DNA from: Octopus vulgaris
Taxonomy: Eukaryota
Direction: 5' to 3'
Assembly: GCA_951406725.2 (NCBI GenBank)
Contig: OX597818.1
Coordinates: 110,732,001 to 110,796,000, forward strand
Length of the DNA: 64,000 bases
The notes under the pieces are model-generated. The model was not told the DNA's origin. It ran no database searches and was given only the letters and a program-made list of their open reading frames with translations. Below, piece by piece: positions 27,550-40,561 of this stretch. Each line of letters starts with the position of its first letter. The first letter of the stretch is position 1. The position numbers and the translations under genes were made by a program.

Positions 27550-27680
27550 CATTTGCTTGATAGTCTTGTTCCCTTACACAGCTTTGGAGGATCCAGATTT
27601 CTCAAAAGCATGATTGGTACCCCTTTCTTTGTCAGAAGGCAGTCCAGGAGGATCCAAAGAGTTAAACTGTGTTTGTCCCA
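27550..27680 (-). pseudogene. Helitron helicase fragment
   Basis: KKGVPIMLLRNLDPPKLCKGTRL is the conserved Helitron PIF1 motif. Confidence 0.75.
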
Positions 27681-28242
27681 CCACTGCCTGATATCTGGTG
27701 TTGGTGTGTTTACATTCACATGTCTTGGCTGTTTTGGTAAAAGAGACCAATACAGAAAGTAGCAAGCATAAAAGAAAGAACTGGTGTTGATTTGTTCGAT
27801 TAAAATTCTTCAAGGCAATGCTCCAGTGTGGCCACAGTTTGATACTGAAAAGATAAATGAGCCCCTAAATTGCTTATTAAAACTTTAAGCTAAGGGAGGT
27901 AACTCTTGTTCACCCTCTCAGTAATACTATGGCTGTTGCTTTATTTGCTAGAAATAGCAACCCAAATGAAGAACAGATTTTCAATCCCAGGATTATCCTG
28001 ATTCCAAAAAGGTATAATGCGTCTGTGTAGAGAAAATGTAGACTGAGATTCAGACAAAATTTCGCTTCTATTCATGTAGATTACTATATTCACTTGAGCT
28101 TGGCTGATAATCCAAAGAACTGAAAAATGTATGGAACCTAAAATTTTGTATTTTCTGAAAAAAAAATTTTCTCAAAATGGTGTAATTTACATAATTACTA
28201 AAAAAGAAATAATTTGGCATTTTCTGTTCAATGTTGCTGTAC

Positions 28243-29935
28243 ATCATCATTAACGTCCATTGTCCATGCTAGCATTTGATGAGGGCTGTTGAGCTGGAAG
28301 GCTGCACCAGAGTCCAGTCTGATTTAGCATGGTTTCTATGGCTGGATGCCCTTCCTAATGCCAACCACTCAGAGTGTGTAATGGGTGTTTTTACATTCCA
28401 CCAGCACGGGTGCCATTTATGTGACACCAGTATCTACCACGACTGATTTTTCTCAGCTTGATGAGTCTTCTTCTCAAGCATGACATAATGCCAAAGGTCT
28501 TCGTTATTGCCTCTGTGAGGCCCAACACTCGAAAGGGACTCAGCTGCTTTGCCTCCCTGAGGCCCAACACTCGAAAGGGACTCAGCTGCTTTGCCTCCCT
28601 GAGGCCCAACACTTGAAAGGTACTCTTTACATACCACTGGCATAGGTGCCACTTACGTGACGCCAGCATCAGCCACGACTGATTTCACTTGACTTGATGG
28701 GTCTTCTCAAGCACAGCATATCGCCAAAGGTCTCGGTCACTAGTCGTTGCCTCCGTGAGGCTTAAAGTTCAAAGATCATGCTTTGTCGCATCTTCCTGGG
28801 TCTACCTCTACCACAGCTTCCCTCCACAGAGATCAGCACTTCTTTACACAGCTGTCCTTGTCATCACATGACCATACCAGTGCAGTCGTCTCTTACCACA
28901 TCTGATGCCTCTTAGGCATAACTTTTCTCTCAAGATGCTTACTGTTGAACATGCACACTGACATTGCACATACACCAAAGCTTCATTTCTTTGAAACCTA
29001 CACATATCCTCGGCTGTCACAGCCTATGTTTCACTACCATGTAGCATAGCTGTTAGCACACAGACATCATACAATCTACCTTTCACTCTGAGAGAGGCCC
29101 TTTGTTGCATGTGTCCAAAGCATGTATCTTGGGGAGTTTCTACAGATCAAGAAGGGATTTATGATTTGTCTGCCTTCCTACTTACTCAGACTTTGGTTTT
29201 TGCTAGGTTAACTCTAAGGCCCTTCAATTCTAGACCTTGCTTCCATACCTGAAACTTCTCAAGTTCTGGTAGTGATTCATCAATAAGATCAAGGCCATCA
29301 GTATAAAGGAGCTCCCAGGGGCAGCCTGTCTTGAATTCTTCCACTATTGTCTGAAGGACTCTAATGAACAAGGGGCTGAGCACTGATCCTTTGTGAACCC
29401 CTACCTGTACCCTGAATTCTTTGCTGTGCTCATTGCCAACCCTCACCTAACTGGTAGCATCCCTGTACATGGCTTATGCAGCTCTCACCAACCTCTCATC
29501 TATCCCTGGTTTCCGCATTGACCACCAGATAAGGGATCAGGGAATGGACTCTGTCAAAGCTTTCTCCAAATCAACAAAGGCCAAGTACAGAGGTTTGTCT
29601 TTGGCTATGTATTTCTCCTGCAGCTGCCTTACCAGAAATATAACATCAGTGGTGCTTCTTCCTGGTATAAAACCAAACTGCATCTCATCTAGGCTAGCTC
29701 CCTTATTAGTTGGGCTACAACTCTCTCCGTACCTTTCATCACCTAATCCAACAATTTGATACCTCTGTAATTATTTCTATCTAAAGTATCACCTTTACCT
29801 TTGTAGCAGTTGACTATTATGCTGCTATACCAGTCATTGGGTATGACTCCTTGGTAAACCACCTGATTTACAATACAGGTGACTAGACCATAACCCATAC
29901 TGCCAGATATTTTATGCATCTCAAGAGTGATTCCT
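28243..29935 (-). mobile_element. 5'-truncated RTE-clade LINE with 3' UTR and (GAT)n tail
   Basis: Minus strand: LAFVDLEKA, VQVGVHKGSVLSPL, PWELLYTDGL (YADD), GLRVNLAKTKV; 3' end ...GGACGTTAATGATGATG. Confidence 0.88.
28510..28620. repeat. 42-bp tandem repeat (~2.6 copies) in the RTE 3' UTR
   Basis: GCCTCCCTGAGGCCCAACACTCGAAAGGGACTCAGCTGCTTT repeated. Confidence 0.85.
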
Positions 29936-30337
29936 GCAGAAGAATATCATAAAAGTGGTCCGTCTGTTCATTTGGTAGGCCTGTTTGTGGGGCATAAGAC
30001 AGAAATAATTATCGCTATACTATTCTGCAAGACTAGCCTGAGCTTAAGCACTCTATTGCACACTGACTACTTCTATGACATTATCCACTCATTTTTCAGC
30101 AAGAAGTATGCCCACACCACCTACCCTGTCACTTTTACCTTCCCAGAAGATTTTATACCTATGTGTTTTGCCTGTGAGGAACCTGGCTGAAGCTCCTCTC
30201 TACCTTATAGAATATTAGTTTTTCTAAGTCAGAAATAGTAACATAGCCTATGAGATTCACCTTGAAAAGATGTGCTCCTATGAAAAATCTTAGCAACCTA
30301 GGCAGAAAAAAGACAACTAGAAACTTACATTCTCTTT

Positions 30338-30812
30338 ATAATAATAATAATAATAATAATAATTGTGTACAGTGCTCAGGTGCACTACAACTCATCTAAA
30401 GTGTATATATAATCAGGTGTAGTTTCGGCGGATTTCGGAAAGCATGAGGGCCTTAAAAGATGCAGTGTCATGGCAGTCAACAACTGACGCAGGCAGTTTA
30501 TTCCATGCTTCAGCAACTCTGAGCGTGAAAAAATGTTTCCGAAAGTCATGGGAGCTGTATTGTTTTCTGACTTTGTAGGCATGTCCACGTGTGTTAGACA
30601 CATGGAGATCAAAAAGGTGTTCAGTGTTGTTGTTGGTGAGGTGGTTGATAACTTTGTGGGTGTTTACCAAGTCCGTCGCCAAACGCCGGAGCTTCAGTGA
30701 ATCCATGCCCAGGGAAACAAGGCGCTCAGAATATGGTAGGTGTCTGATGGAGGGTATGCGTTTGGTTGCACGTCTCTGGACAGATTCCAGGAGGTCAATG
30801 TTCTGTGCAAGA
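30338..30812 (-). mobile_element. CR1/L2-type LINE 3' end
   Basis: LLESVQRRATKRIP...YSERL..L..L..RR, TRGHAYKV, FFTLRV...WNKLP, then short UTR and (TTA)n tail. Confidence 0.85.
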
Positions 30813-31590
30813 TAGGGGCTACCCAAAAGAAACCAGAATTTTGCAATATTATTGGATGCACTTAGTTTTTACATATTTACACTTTTATTGCCTTCAAAGT
30901 AGTCTCCATTTGAAGCAATGCATCACTCCAGATGAGGTTTCCATTGTTGGAAGCAGTCTTGGAATTCTTGTGAAACGAGGCCTTTTAACACCTCTGTCGT
31001 TTTTTTTTTTTTTTTTTTTTTGCATCACCAGTGATGACCTTCGAAAAAAGGTCCAGAGCAACTCCTGTTCTTTCAGTTCACAACATGCATTCAGTCATGA
31101 CTTTTTGATCTTCCATGAGCAAAAATGGGCACAAATTTTGCTGCAACTCTTTTCATTCACAAATCCTTGCTCAAAATTCATTGGTAAGAGCTCCAGGACA
31201 TACCAGTCATATCAACCAGTTTGATCCAAGATAATTTCATAAATTTTCTTGATGCTTTCATTCGTTTGAGAGGTCACCAATCACCCTGAATAAGGTTGGT
31301 CCCCCAAATGATCATTCCTAAAGTGTGGAAACCACTCGTAAACTTGTTTTGCTATGGCACTGGCCTGAGCATGACAACTGTTTCATCTGCTGTTTTCCCC
31401 AGCAGAAAATAATTTCATGGAAGCACAGTGTTCCTTCATTTCAGCCATAGTAAAAATCAAGACACACCACCTGTGGCAGTGAGGTCAGTAGACTGATGCC
31501 TGAGGATCGCATCAAGTAGCTCCTAGCAGCGGAACCCTGAACTTCAATGGGTTTGTCCCAAAGAAAACGTTTACAGTACCCCCTTCGTAT
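30813..31590 (-). mobile_element. Internally deleted, decayed mariner
   Basis: Minus-strand C-terminus CIASNGDYFEG; degenerate TIR-like ends (GGGGCTACC / GTACCCCCTTCGTA). Confidence 0.6.
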
Positions 31591-32017
31591 GATATCACAT
31601 TCTTTTATTAATTTAAGATAGTAGGATCTTGAGAAATTTTGCTGCCATTTCTTGCAAGTCAAATGATCCTATAGTAGTTCCTTTGTTGTAAAAACTACCC
31701 CACATATATTGACAGCAGTTGCTAGGCAACTCTCTCCCTCCTCTGGATAATGTAAGTACAAATAAACTAAAACTCGAACCCTTCCTCTCTCTCCATCCAT
31801 TTCACTTCTATAACAACTCCACCTGTAGATGCAGGTCAGCAGACTGATGCTGAAGGGTCCCATCAAGTAACTTCTAGCAGCAGCAGAAGCCTGAACTACA
31901 AGGGGTTTGTTTTTCCATCAGAAAATGTTCTCTCAAGTCTGAATGAAACCTTTGTCACAAACCAGTCTGTCTATTGCCCAATAAGCTGATATGGAAAAAA
32001 TCCTTTCTATTTTAAAG

Positions 32018-32113
32018 GTGGTAAACACTGATAGCCAATGTGCCTTATGTGTTGAAGACTTGAAGTTGAAAGCTCAGAAACAGCTGGACTGTGGCCATAA
32101 TTTCCATGAGGAG
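32018..32113 (+). CDS. DZIP3/TTC3-like protein, exon 8 (RING-H2 first half)
   Basis: ttttaaag acceptor; VVNTDSQCALCVEDLKLKAQKQLDCGHNFHEE; GAG|GTAAGA donor; phase 0 to 0. Confidence 0.9.
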
Positions 32114-34766
32114 GTAAGAATGTTATATTAATTGCAAGTTTAATGATTTAAATGTTAAGGTTGAAGTTTACAGTAATGGTAAAGTTTATTTGCCAATAGA
32201 ATGTGGCAGTCCTACACAGGACAATGTTACTGCTGTTAAGCCCCAGGAAAACCTCTTTTCCAGCTGGCTACCAACACAAAGTTTATCACTCTCATCTCTA
32301 GCCCTTGTGATACTCACAGGCTCGCTATCTTTGATCATTATTCCAACTCTTTAGAATAATTCTTCTTTTAATTGTTTAGGTGCAGGCATGGCAGTGTGGT
32401 TAGGAAGTTTGCTTCCCAGCCACATAGTTCCAGGTTCAGTTCCACTGCATAGCATCTTGGACAAGTGTCTTCTACTATAGCCTTTGCCTATAGTAGAAGA
32501 AATCTGTTTCCATGCTCAGAATTGAAGCCTAGAATAAATGAGCATCAATCATTAGCTGCCAGGACACTACAGCTTTCAAATCTTCCATGCTTCTCAAAAT
32601 TCATCAACCATACAACTCATTCCACACACACCTTTTTGCATTTTCTCTGCATTATTTTATATACATGCACTTTTGGCCAAGTTTTTTCTTTTTTCTTGAT
32701 TAGTTGTAGTTCAACTGAGAACTGTACAATAATTTATTATTATTAAGGTGGCCAGCCGACTGAACCGTTAGCAAGCTGGACAAAATGCTTAGCATTTCAC
32801 CCATCACTACATTCTGAGTTCAAATTCCACTGAGGTCAACTTTGCCTTTCATCCTTTCAGGGTCAATAAAGCAAGTACCAGTTGAACATTGGGGGTCACT
32901 GGAATTGACTCATCCCCTCCCCAAAATGGCTACCCTTGTGGTAAAATTTGAAACCATTATTATTAAGGCAGCAGTGAGCTGGTTGAATTGTTAGCACACT
33001 AGATGAAATGCTTAGTGGTATTTCACCCATTGCTATGGACTATGTTCTGAGTTCAAATTCTGCCAAGATCAACTTTGCCTTTCATCCTTTCGGGGAGCAC
33101 TGGGGTTGATGTAATTGACTTGCCCCTTCCCCCAAAATTTCAGGCCATGTGACCATAGTAGAAAGGGTTATTATTAAGTTAAAGCCAGATTCAACTAAAA
33201 CCAAACTGGAGTCCAAGTGGTTTAATTTTTTCTCTAAAGCCAGGCTTTGCTCAAAATAGCAGTCATTTCAATGGCATAGAGACGTTGCAATTTTGTAAAT
33301 GTTAACCAGTCTCAGTGAGCAGAAAGAATCAACGTTTCAAGACAGTGAAACAGAAAAGGCAATGCTTGCTGCCATTTCTGAATTAGAAATGTTAATGCTA
33401 TGCAAAGCTGCATTTAATTAGGACTTTGTGGATAGCATTTTAATTGAGGTGTTCAAGTGCTTAAGACACAGCTGGAAATTCATAATAATCCTCTTAAAAT
33501 TCCGTCTTGGTTTTTAACTGGTGCCAAGCTTCAGTTAATATCTGGAAGAGATGGTAGCTAAACAATTCCATTTTGACAAATGACCTTTAATGAACCAGTG
33601 GCTATAGAAAAAGTGATCGGAAATGAATGGCTTGTGGTTTGTTCCACAAAGACAATTCTACATTTTACCACACATTTACAAAAAGGTTCTTAAATGTACA
33701 GAATGAATCTCAAAACAACCGTAATTACCAACTTGCTGTATTGTTGTTTCAAATGCAACAATAAATGGAGGTTGTGGCTGATTTACTAAACTCATTCAGT
33801 AATGTGTAGAAAATTTAAAACAAATGACCAAATGCTATAAAATGAGAGGTTTGGTTAGAATAAGATTTCAATGTAACTATACTGTATAGTGAGGGTGTGT
33901 GGCTTTGTGGCTAGGCATGTTGCACTCACAATGCTGAGATCATGGGTTCAATTTCCAGACTGGCTTCAAATTGTGTTTTTGAATGAAATACTTCAAGTTG
34001 CTGCAGTGTTCACTTGGCTGTAAATGGGTGACCCTGCACCACCAGGCTAGCTTTCTGATCAGGGAGGAATGGCATAACAACATCCAATAGTCTGATCAAT
34101 CATGTTATTGTATAAGAAGAAAAATAGTTGTGCACATTTACTGGATTTTCAATAAAAATTTCACAAATGCATGGAAATGAAAAGTATCTTGTGAAAATAA
34201 AATAGCAAATCTTCACTTGCTACGTGTATTTGAATTAGAATATCACTGTTTCATTACAAGTTAATTAAAATGTTACAGTAATATTTTTTATTTCTTTACT
34301 GCCCACAAGGGGCTACACATAGAGGGGACAAACAAGGACAAATGTATTAAGTCGACTATATCGACTCCAGTGCGTAACAGGTACTTAATTTATCGACCCT
34401 GAAAGGATGAAAGACAAAGTTGACCTCGGTGGAATTTGAACTCAGAACGTAACGGCAGATGAAATGCTGCTAAGCATTTCGCCTGGCGTGCTAACATTTC
34501 TGCCAGCTTGCCGCCCTAACAGTAATATTCTTTGATCTCCATTACTAGATACATAAGCACCGCATCTTGCAGAATGCATTCTGGAAAGTTATTCCAATAG
34601 AATCTCTCTTTGATGCTTTTTCTTTTGCTGATATCTGAAGATAGAACTGTTTATAATGTTTGCTTATTAACTGGTTGTCTATAATACTATTAAAACTGTA
34701 CATGTGTAACCAGTCACACAACTGCATGAATGTTCTTGCGCTGTATTTTTTTGTTCTCCTTTCCAG

Positions 34767-34859
34767 TGTATCATGGCTTGGGTGCATCGGCATGAAAGAT
34801 CTTGTCCAACTTGTGGACAGTTGGTATTGTTTCCTGAAGAATTTCCTAAACTTTCTTGA
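34767..34859 (+). CDS. DZIP3/TTC3-like protein, last coding exon (RING-H2 second half)
   Basis: ttctcctttccag acceptor; CIMAWVHRHERSCPTCGQLVLFPEEFPKLS*; CPTC...PEEFP tail is characteristic of DZIP3/TTC3. Confidence 0.92.
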   Translation, partial: CIMAWVHRHERSCPTCGQLVLFPEEFPKLS

Positions 34860-35719
34860 GTTTGTTTTGTAAGCTGTTCTCTGCTTGTGGGCAGACTTTA
34901 CTTTCACATTAATTTAGACGCTTTATCTTGTTCCTACTTTAAAACGGTATTACTCCTGTTGAGTACGATATCTTAACACCAGAACTCGCTTGCTCCCTTT
35001 TGCTATCCCTGTTTCACTATCTTCGACAGTTATTACTCGAGCTGAAACTGTTGCATTATTAGCAACTTAATATAAGACTGATTCTTGGTAGTCTTAATTT
35101 TCGATTTATAATTCCATTTAAGCGTTTTGTTTTTTGGGCTTTTTTTTCTCTCTCTCAGCCGAAAGACGAGAGCCCCACTGCCTGTACTTGTTATTTCTCA
35201 AACGTTTTCTCTTTATCATTGCCATTTTCCAATGATAGTTAAGCTTTCAGCTAAAGGTTGGCTGAATGTAGTTATCGTAAAGTTTTGGTTAGCTACCAAC
35301 TAGATATTAAAATACGTATGGGGTTATCAGTTTGGTTTTCAGAGAAGTTTTACACGACTTCTCTAAAAGTTATAAAAATTCAATGTCTTTCAAAATTCAT
35401 TTGAATTAAGACAACTGATTTTAGAACTAGTCAATAAATCTGGCTAGAGGAGTCTCTCCAAGGTATATACATCCTGTACTCGTCTCGGATTATTTACACC
35501 TGATTACATTTTCATTAAATTTGATGAGCCGTGTTGTTAGTCGCTTTCCAAAAGTGTTAAGAAGCTAGATTTACAGGGAAGGATAGCTTTAGCTGTTCAA
35601 TAATAATAATCTGAACAGTTACTAATTTTGGGAGCATGTGATTTATATTTAATGCTTTGAAGGCAAGTATTGCCCACATTTATAAAAGCAGTTGAATCGA
35701 TACATGTTTCAAAGTATTT

Positions 35720-35725
35720 AATAAA
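35720..35725 (+). terminator. Candidate poly(A) signal of the RING gene
   Basis: AATAAA followed by a T/GT-rich tract ~860 nt after the stop; earlier AATAAA at ~35433 also possible. Confidence 0.45.
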
Positions 35726-36027
35726 GTTTCCTTTTAATTTCTTGTTTTGTTTTTTTTTTTTATATATACTACTTGTAGTGAATAGACCATTAAGAATAAT
35801 TTTCCATAATCATGACATTTTTCAGTTTTTGACTGCGAGATCCTTCATATGCAGACACTACACTATCGGTTTGTGAGTGTTTTTTTTTTATATATATATA
35901 TTTCATATTGTAAACTGCTATGCCATTTTGTAACCACTTTTTTTCTGGTCTTTTCTCTCCAAAAGTGATTTATTTTTCAAAAATTCAAATTTAAAATAAC
36001 ACAAACTAAATTTCTGCAGCACAAATA

Positions 36028-36033
36028 TTTATT
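36028..36033 (-). terminator. Candidate poly(A) signal of SCYL2
   Basis: TTTATT (AATAAA on -) followed on - by TTTAGTTTGTGTTATTTT; ends ~2 kb of repeat-free sequence after the stop. Confidence 0.5.
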
Positions 36034-38074
36034 GATGCCATTAAAGTTAAAGAATTAATATTTACAAACAGGCAAGGAACATTCAGGGCACCCAACTGCA
36101 ATAACTGAAAGACTGGTTTTACAATTTCGATAAAATTTTTAACGGAACAAGAACAGAGCTCTTGTAATTTCTATAAACTGCACATTACTGGAATTGCACC
36201 TGTCAGTTTCCAAGCTAAATATTAATAAATTCACATTTAAAATATAACCAACATTACACAAAATACTAATTTTGTGATGTCCTTTTTGTCTCAAGGTTAT
36301 ATTACTTGTCTGAAATAAAACCTCAGCCGACAATGTGGAAAATAATTTAGTTTATTGGAATAACCCAAGACTGCTATTTTGAAGCTGTCCTTATTAATTT
36401 ATAAACTTTCAATGATTTCATCGTAGCCTTCTTATTGTACGCCAAAGTTTCAAACTTCTGCTCTGGCTTCAAACATTGAGGTTTAAAGGAAACTTTTGAG
36501 GTCGTAGCTGCTTTGTACCTCAAAAGCATCAATGTTTGACTTTAATAATTGTATTGCCTGTGTCAGACTTTTGTTAGTTTTATTGAGCAATCTATTTGCA
36601 CGCAGTCTTCTTTATCCAGTTGACAAAGGGAATAAATTAGTTTGGAATAACTTATTGGTAGGGGCTGCTGCAGTTCACGAGAGTGAAAATTCATTATAGA
36701 GGAAAGGACGCTGAACTGAGTAAATCTGTACAATGAAGATATTTCGACTGAAGATTTTGTAGTGATAAGATGGTGTCTTTAAAATGACAATTTGCACAAG
36801 GGACTGGAAACGAATTATAAATTTTCTCAATTGCATCCTTTATAGAAAAAATATCAGATTGTTTAAGAGAAAATATTTATCACAAATTGGAACTGAGTGG
36901 AAACCTAGAGAGAAAATATGGGCTAAATGACAGGGTGATTAAATCTGATGTTTTCAGGATTAACAGTGACTGTTTTAGTTGGCTTCATTAAAATATTAAG
37001 AATCCCTCAAGTTAATTTTCATTAGTAAAACTTAGTCCACATTAAACCCTTCTAATATCTGAAAATATTTTGAATGTTTCTTTTCATAGACATTTACAGA
37101 AAGTGACAGAAATCCTTTAGATGACGGTCCTTTTATATCTGTTTAGGCCTAACTTGAAAGCATTCCAACTCTGCCTCCCTCCCAGCATTTAGATTTTTTT
37201 TCTTTTTAACTACGTCTAAACCAAAAATTAAAAACCATTAAAGATTTTCAGATATTTAGAATTCTCACTTTGTAAAATGGTCAATGTTTCAAATGCTACA
37301 AATGAAAGCCTAAATTTACAAATCCTTTTGGGATAAATTTATAACTTCCAGTGTGTACAAAAGCAAAACAAGGTACTTGTGTAGATGATGGATTCAGTCT
37401 GAACAAAAAAAAGTATGGAATGTAAGGAAGAACAGTTGATTGTTCATAAAGGAAATGTTTGAACAAAGAATCCTACTGGGGGGACAAGGAATACTATTAT
37501 ATACTGAACCATAAACTGCATATTAAAATAGGAGTCCTGAGGTGGGCAATTAAAGACCTGTTCAGTGGAAGCCCAAACAGTAAATGGGAACTGAATAAAA
37601 ATTTAAACTTTTAAGAATGGAGACAGCTTCAACAAATGCAGGTTTTGCTGTTGTCTTGGCAACTGTTTAAAAGCTGATCCAGTTTGCTTCGAGTCAGTGG
37701 ATCAGTAACAAAGCCATCATATTAATTATTAAACAATTGGCTAAAGAGTGACTTGGGTTTGCATGGAAGGGCCATAAGTACTTTAATGAGAAAACTAATA
37801 ACTTAACACTAAAGAGGTTTAAGTTGCTTTTCTTTTCAATTTTTGTAAATTGAAGTGTATAACAGTGTGAGCTACTTATGAAATGATCATTTCTATGCAC
37901 ACTCAACTTAAAACCAGTTTACAGCCTTTGCTTAAAAGCCAGAAGTCATACACTTGACAATTAGCAATCATCCAGGGGAAGTGGAGCAGGGGGCAACTGC
38001 CTTTGTGCCTTAGATCAGTAGTTGGGCTGAACATCTGGTCCCCTAAAACTCACTTGGGAAATATTAATATATAC

Positions 38075-38851
38075 TCAGCCGAAAAGGTCATCCAGTTCAT
38101 TTCCAGCAGAGTTTGATGATGGGAAACCATTTTGCAGCTGCTGCTGTCCTGAATTGGCATTAGTGAACTGGTTGTGATTGACAGCAGTCATGTTTGTGTT
38201 GCCGAGTGCCATACCTTGAAAGCCAGGTGCCACCATGGGTGCACTGACTCTCATGCCTTGATTCATCATAACCTGTGGATGTGTCATCATGGCTGGTGGT
38301 TGGTTTAGCATTGTGCCAACATTGCCCCTCATTGCAATGCCTGTGCTGGAACCAGTCGGCATAAAGCCCATGGTGCCAGCTTTCATGCCACTTGTGGTTG
38401 AAGTCTTCTGAGCCATCTGATTTAACGAGGGTTTCATTTGGGATGAAGATGGTGACAAAAGATTGTCAAAAGCTGAAAGGTCCACAGATTTGTTAGCAGC
38501 AGGCTTTGACTGGTTCAGGGGTACAATGGGGTTAGTTCTCTGCATAGGCATGCCTCCACCACCACCACCTGACAAGGAAGAAGCACCAAAGGATGAGCAA
38601 GCCATATTTGACTGAGCCATGCTCCAGGAGTTGTTTAATGGACCAGAATGTTGGAGTTGGTTTAGGTTGTTGTTGAGTAGTGTTGAGGTAAGGTCTTTGG
38701 GTTTATGGTAACTTGAGCTTTGACTACCACAATTAGCACTCTTTTCATGATCAGGGTTTGTTTTAGGGACAAGCATACTTTGTTTCTTGTAGATGCTTTG
38801 TTGTTCCTGCTCTCGTGCCAACCTCTGTTTCTCTTCCATGCTTAGACTCAC
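38075..38851 (-). CDS. SCYL2: SCY1-like protein 2 (CVAK104), last coding exon
   Basis: taacag|GTG acceptor; SLSMEEKQRLAREQEQ, KPKDLTSTL, DLSAFDNL, NELDDLFG* match the SCYL2 C-terminal motifs. Confidence 0.93.
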   Translation of the reverse strand: MSLSMEEKQRLAREQEQQSIYKKQSMLVPKTNPDHEKSANCGSQSSSYHKPKDLTSTLLNNNLNQLQHSGPLNNSWSMAQSNMACSSFGASSLSGGGGGGMPMQRTNPIVPLNQSKPAANKSVDLSAFDNLLSPSSSQMKPSLNQMAQKTSTTSGMKAGTMGFMPTGSSTGIAMRGNVGTMLNQPPAMMTHPQVMMNQGMRVSAPMVAPGFQGMALGNTNMTAVNHNQFTNANSGQQQLQNGFPSSNSAGNELDDLFG

Positions 38852-38934
38852 CTGTTAAATATAAAGAAATATATTGTAATTTGCTTCTTTATTTCCTGCG
38901 GCATTATTACAAAATATGCAGAACCTTATCTAAC

Positions 38935-39180
38935 CTGGAGTAAAGATGGTTTGCCAACATAACATGCAGTCCTGGTTTAGGACGAATGTTGCTGTAATTT
39001 AAGCCCCAGGAGACTTTGTCTCCAGCTGGCTATACAACACAATCTGTGTCCTTATATTTTTGAACAAGGGAATCCAGCAACCCCACTCAGCTCAAAACCT
39101 GTTATGTTGGCAAACAATCTTTACTCCAAAGTACTGTGGCTGAGTATCTCTCATTGTGAGATTTACAAATAGTAATTTTC
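38935..39180. mobile_element. Internally deleted copy of the foldback MITE at 44151-44630
   Basis: GGAGTAAAGATGGTTTGCCAACATAAC ... GTTATGTTGGCAAACAATCTTTACTCC plus the same ~50-nt downstream extension. Confidence 0.75.
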
Positions 39181-39296
39181 TTATCTAACTTGTTTTAAAT
39201 TGAAATACAATTTTACTTGATCTCAGTAGATAACTAGACTACAATACCAATTTATATATTTGACAATGTAATTAAAGCCAAGTAAAATAAACCTAC

Positions 39297-39440
39297 CTTT
39301 GTTGGCTGATTAAAGATTCTAGGAGTTGTCTCACTGTTTAATTTTTCTGTCGGATTTTCTAGACAAGGGCTAACAGTTGGGCTTTTAGCAGGTGCTGTCA
39401 ACAAAGAGTTGAGGCCATAACCAGAAATGAATTTATCCAT
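39297..39440 (-). CDS. SCYL2: SCYL2 penultimate exon
   Basis: ttttag|ATG acceptor, AAG|GTAGGT donor, 144 nt, phase 0 to 0 (MDKFISGYGL...QPTK). Confidence 0.85.
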
Positions 39441-40455
39441 CTAAAATAGAAAAATAATTATTCATTTCCAGTATTTGAATTTGTGTTTTTATTTTTTATT
39501 AAACATGTTTTGCATCAGCGTAATTAAAACAAAAATGAGTAACACTTTTTTTTTTTGTCATTATCGTGAAATGCTGTCTCTGTTAACCATGGATTCGAGG
39601 TGGTATGTCATTTATTTTTGCATAAACTTGAAGCATTTTGTGTCCTGTTTAGACCACTCTTTGAGATTAGTTCTGTAAATGAAAATGTAGTTTTTACTAC
39701 ACAATCTTTCACATGAACCTTGGTGCCCTAGAAAGTGAGGAGGTCTAGTCTTCAGATCTTTTGACTCAATGTAGATATCTTCCCAAAGAAAATCTGATAT
39801 ATTTCTTTCTTTCCCTCCCCCATATTTAGACCTCTCACTCATCTACAGCAAAACACCTACCTCTGCCCCCACCTCCCATTTCAGGGATTTTGTCTTGCAA
39901 GACACTTGGTGACCCCTTTCGGTGCTGGTGCCATGTGATAAGCATCCAGTACACTGTAAAGTGGTTCATGTTAAGAATGGCATCCGGCTGTAGAACCCAT
40001 GCCAAAACCGACAATGGAGTGTTTGACAGTTTGACTGGGGATTGGCTAGCCAGGAGGCTGCACCAGGCTCTGACCTGATTTGGCAAGGTTTCTACAGCTG
40101 GATGCCCTTCCTAGCACCAATCACTCAAAGTGCAGTGGGTGCTTTTAATGTGCCACCAGCATAGGTGCCAGTCAGATAACATTGGCATCAACTACACTCA
40201 AATAGTGCATTTTACATACCACCAGCACAGGTGCCTGTCAGGCAGCACAGGCCTCAACCATGCTCAAATGACATTCTATCGGTTAAATTTGATTGTTAGG
40301 ATTCCACTGAAGGAAGAGTTGTTTACCATTTCCAGCAGATTACATCCAAGTAAAAATCAAATGAAGGGCTGAAGCACAAAATTGGCTGCAATTGATTCGA
40401 TGGTTAAGGGCCACCACGTGACAAGTAGAAACTTGAATGGCAAAGAAATAAATAC

Positions 40456-40561
40456 CTTATGTACAACAGTATTAAGGTGACCTGAAACCAATGAATCTGG
40501 TAAGGGGTCTGGTGGCAGCAAAGTGTGTTGCTGAAGACCGTTGGAAGCCTTATTTCCCAAA
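40456..40561 (-). CDS. SCYL2: Candidate alternative SCYL2 exon (mutually exclusive with 52053-52134)
   Basis: ttttcttcttgctag acceptor, AAG|GTATTT donor, 106 nt, phase 2 to 0, open frame LGNKASNGLQQHTLLPPDPLPDSLVSGHLNTVVHK. Confidence 0.45.

Noticed and set aside
31470-31910. Direct repeat of ~80 bp upstream of the RING exon
   Set aside because: Explained as two mariner end fragments.
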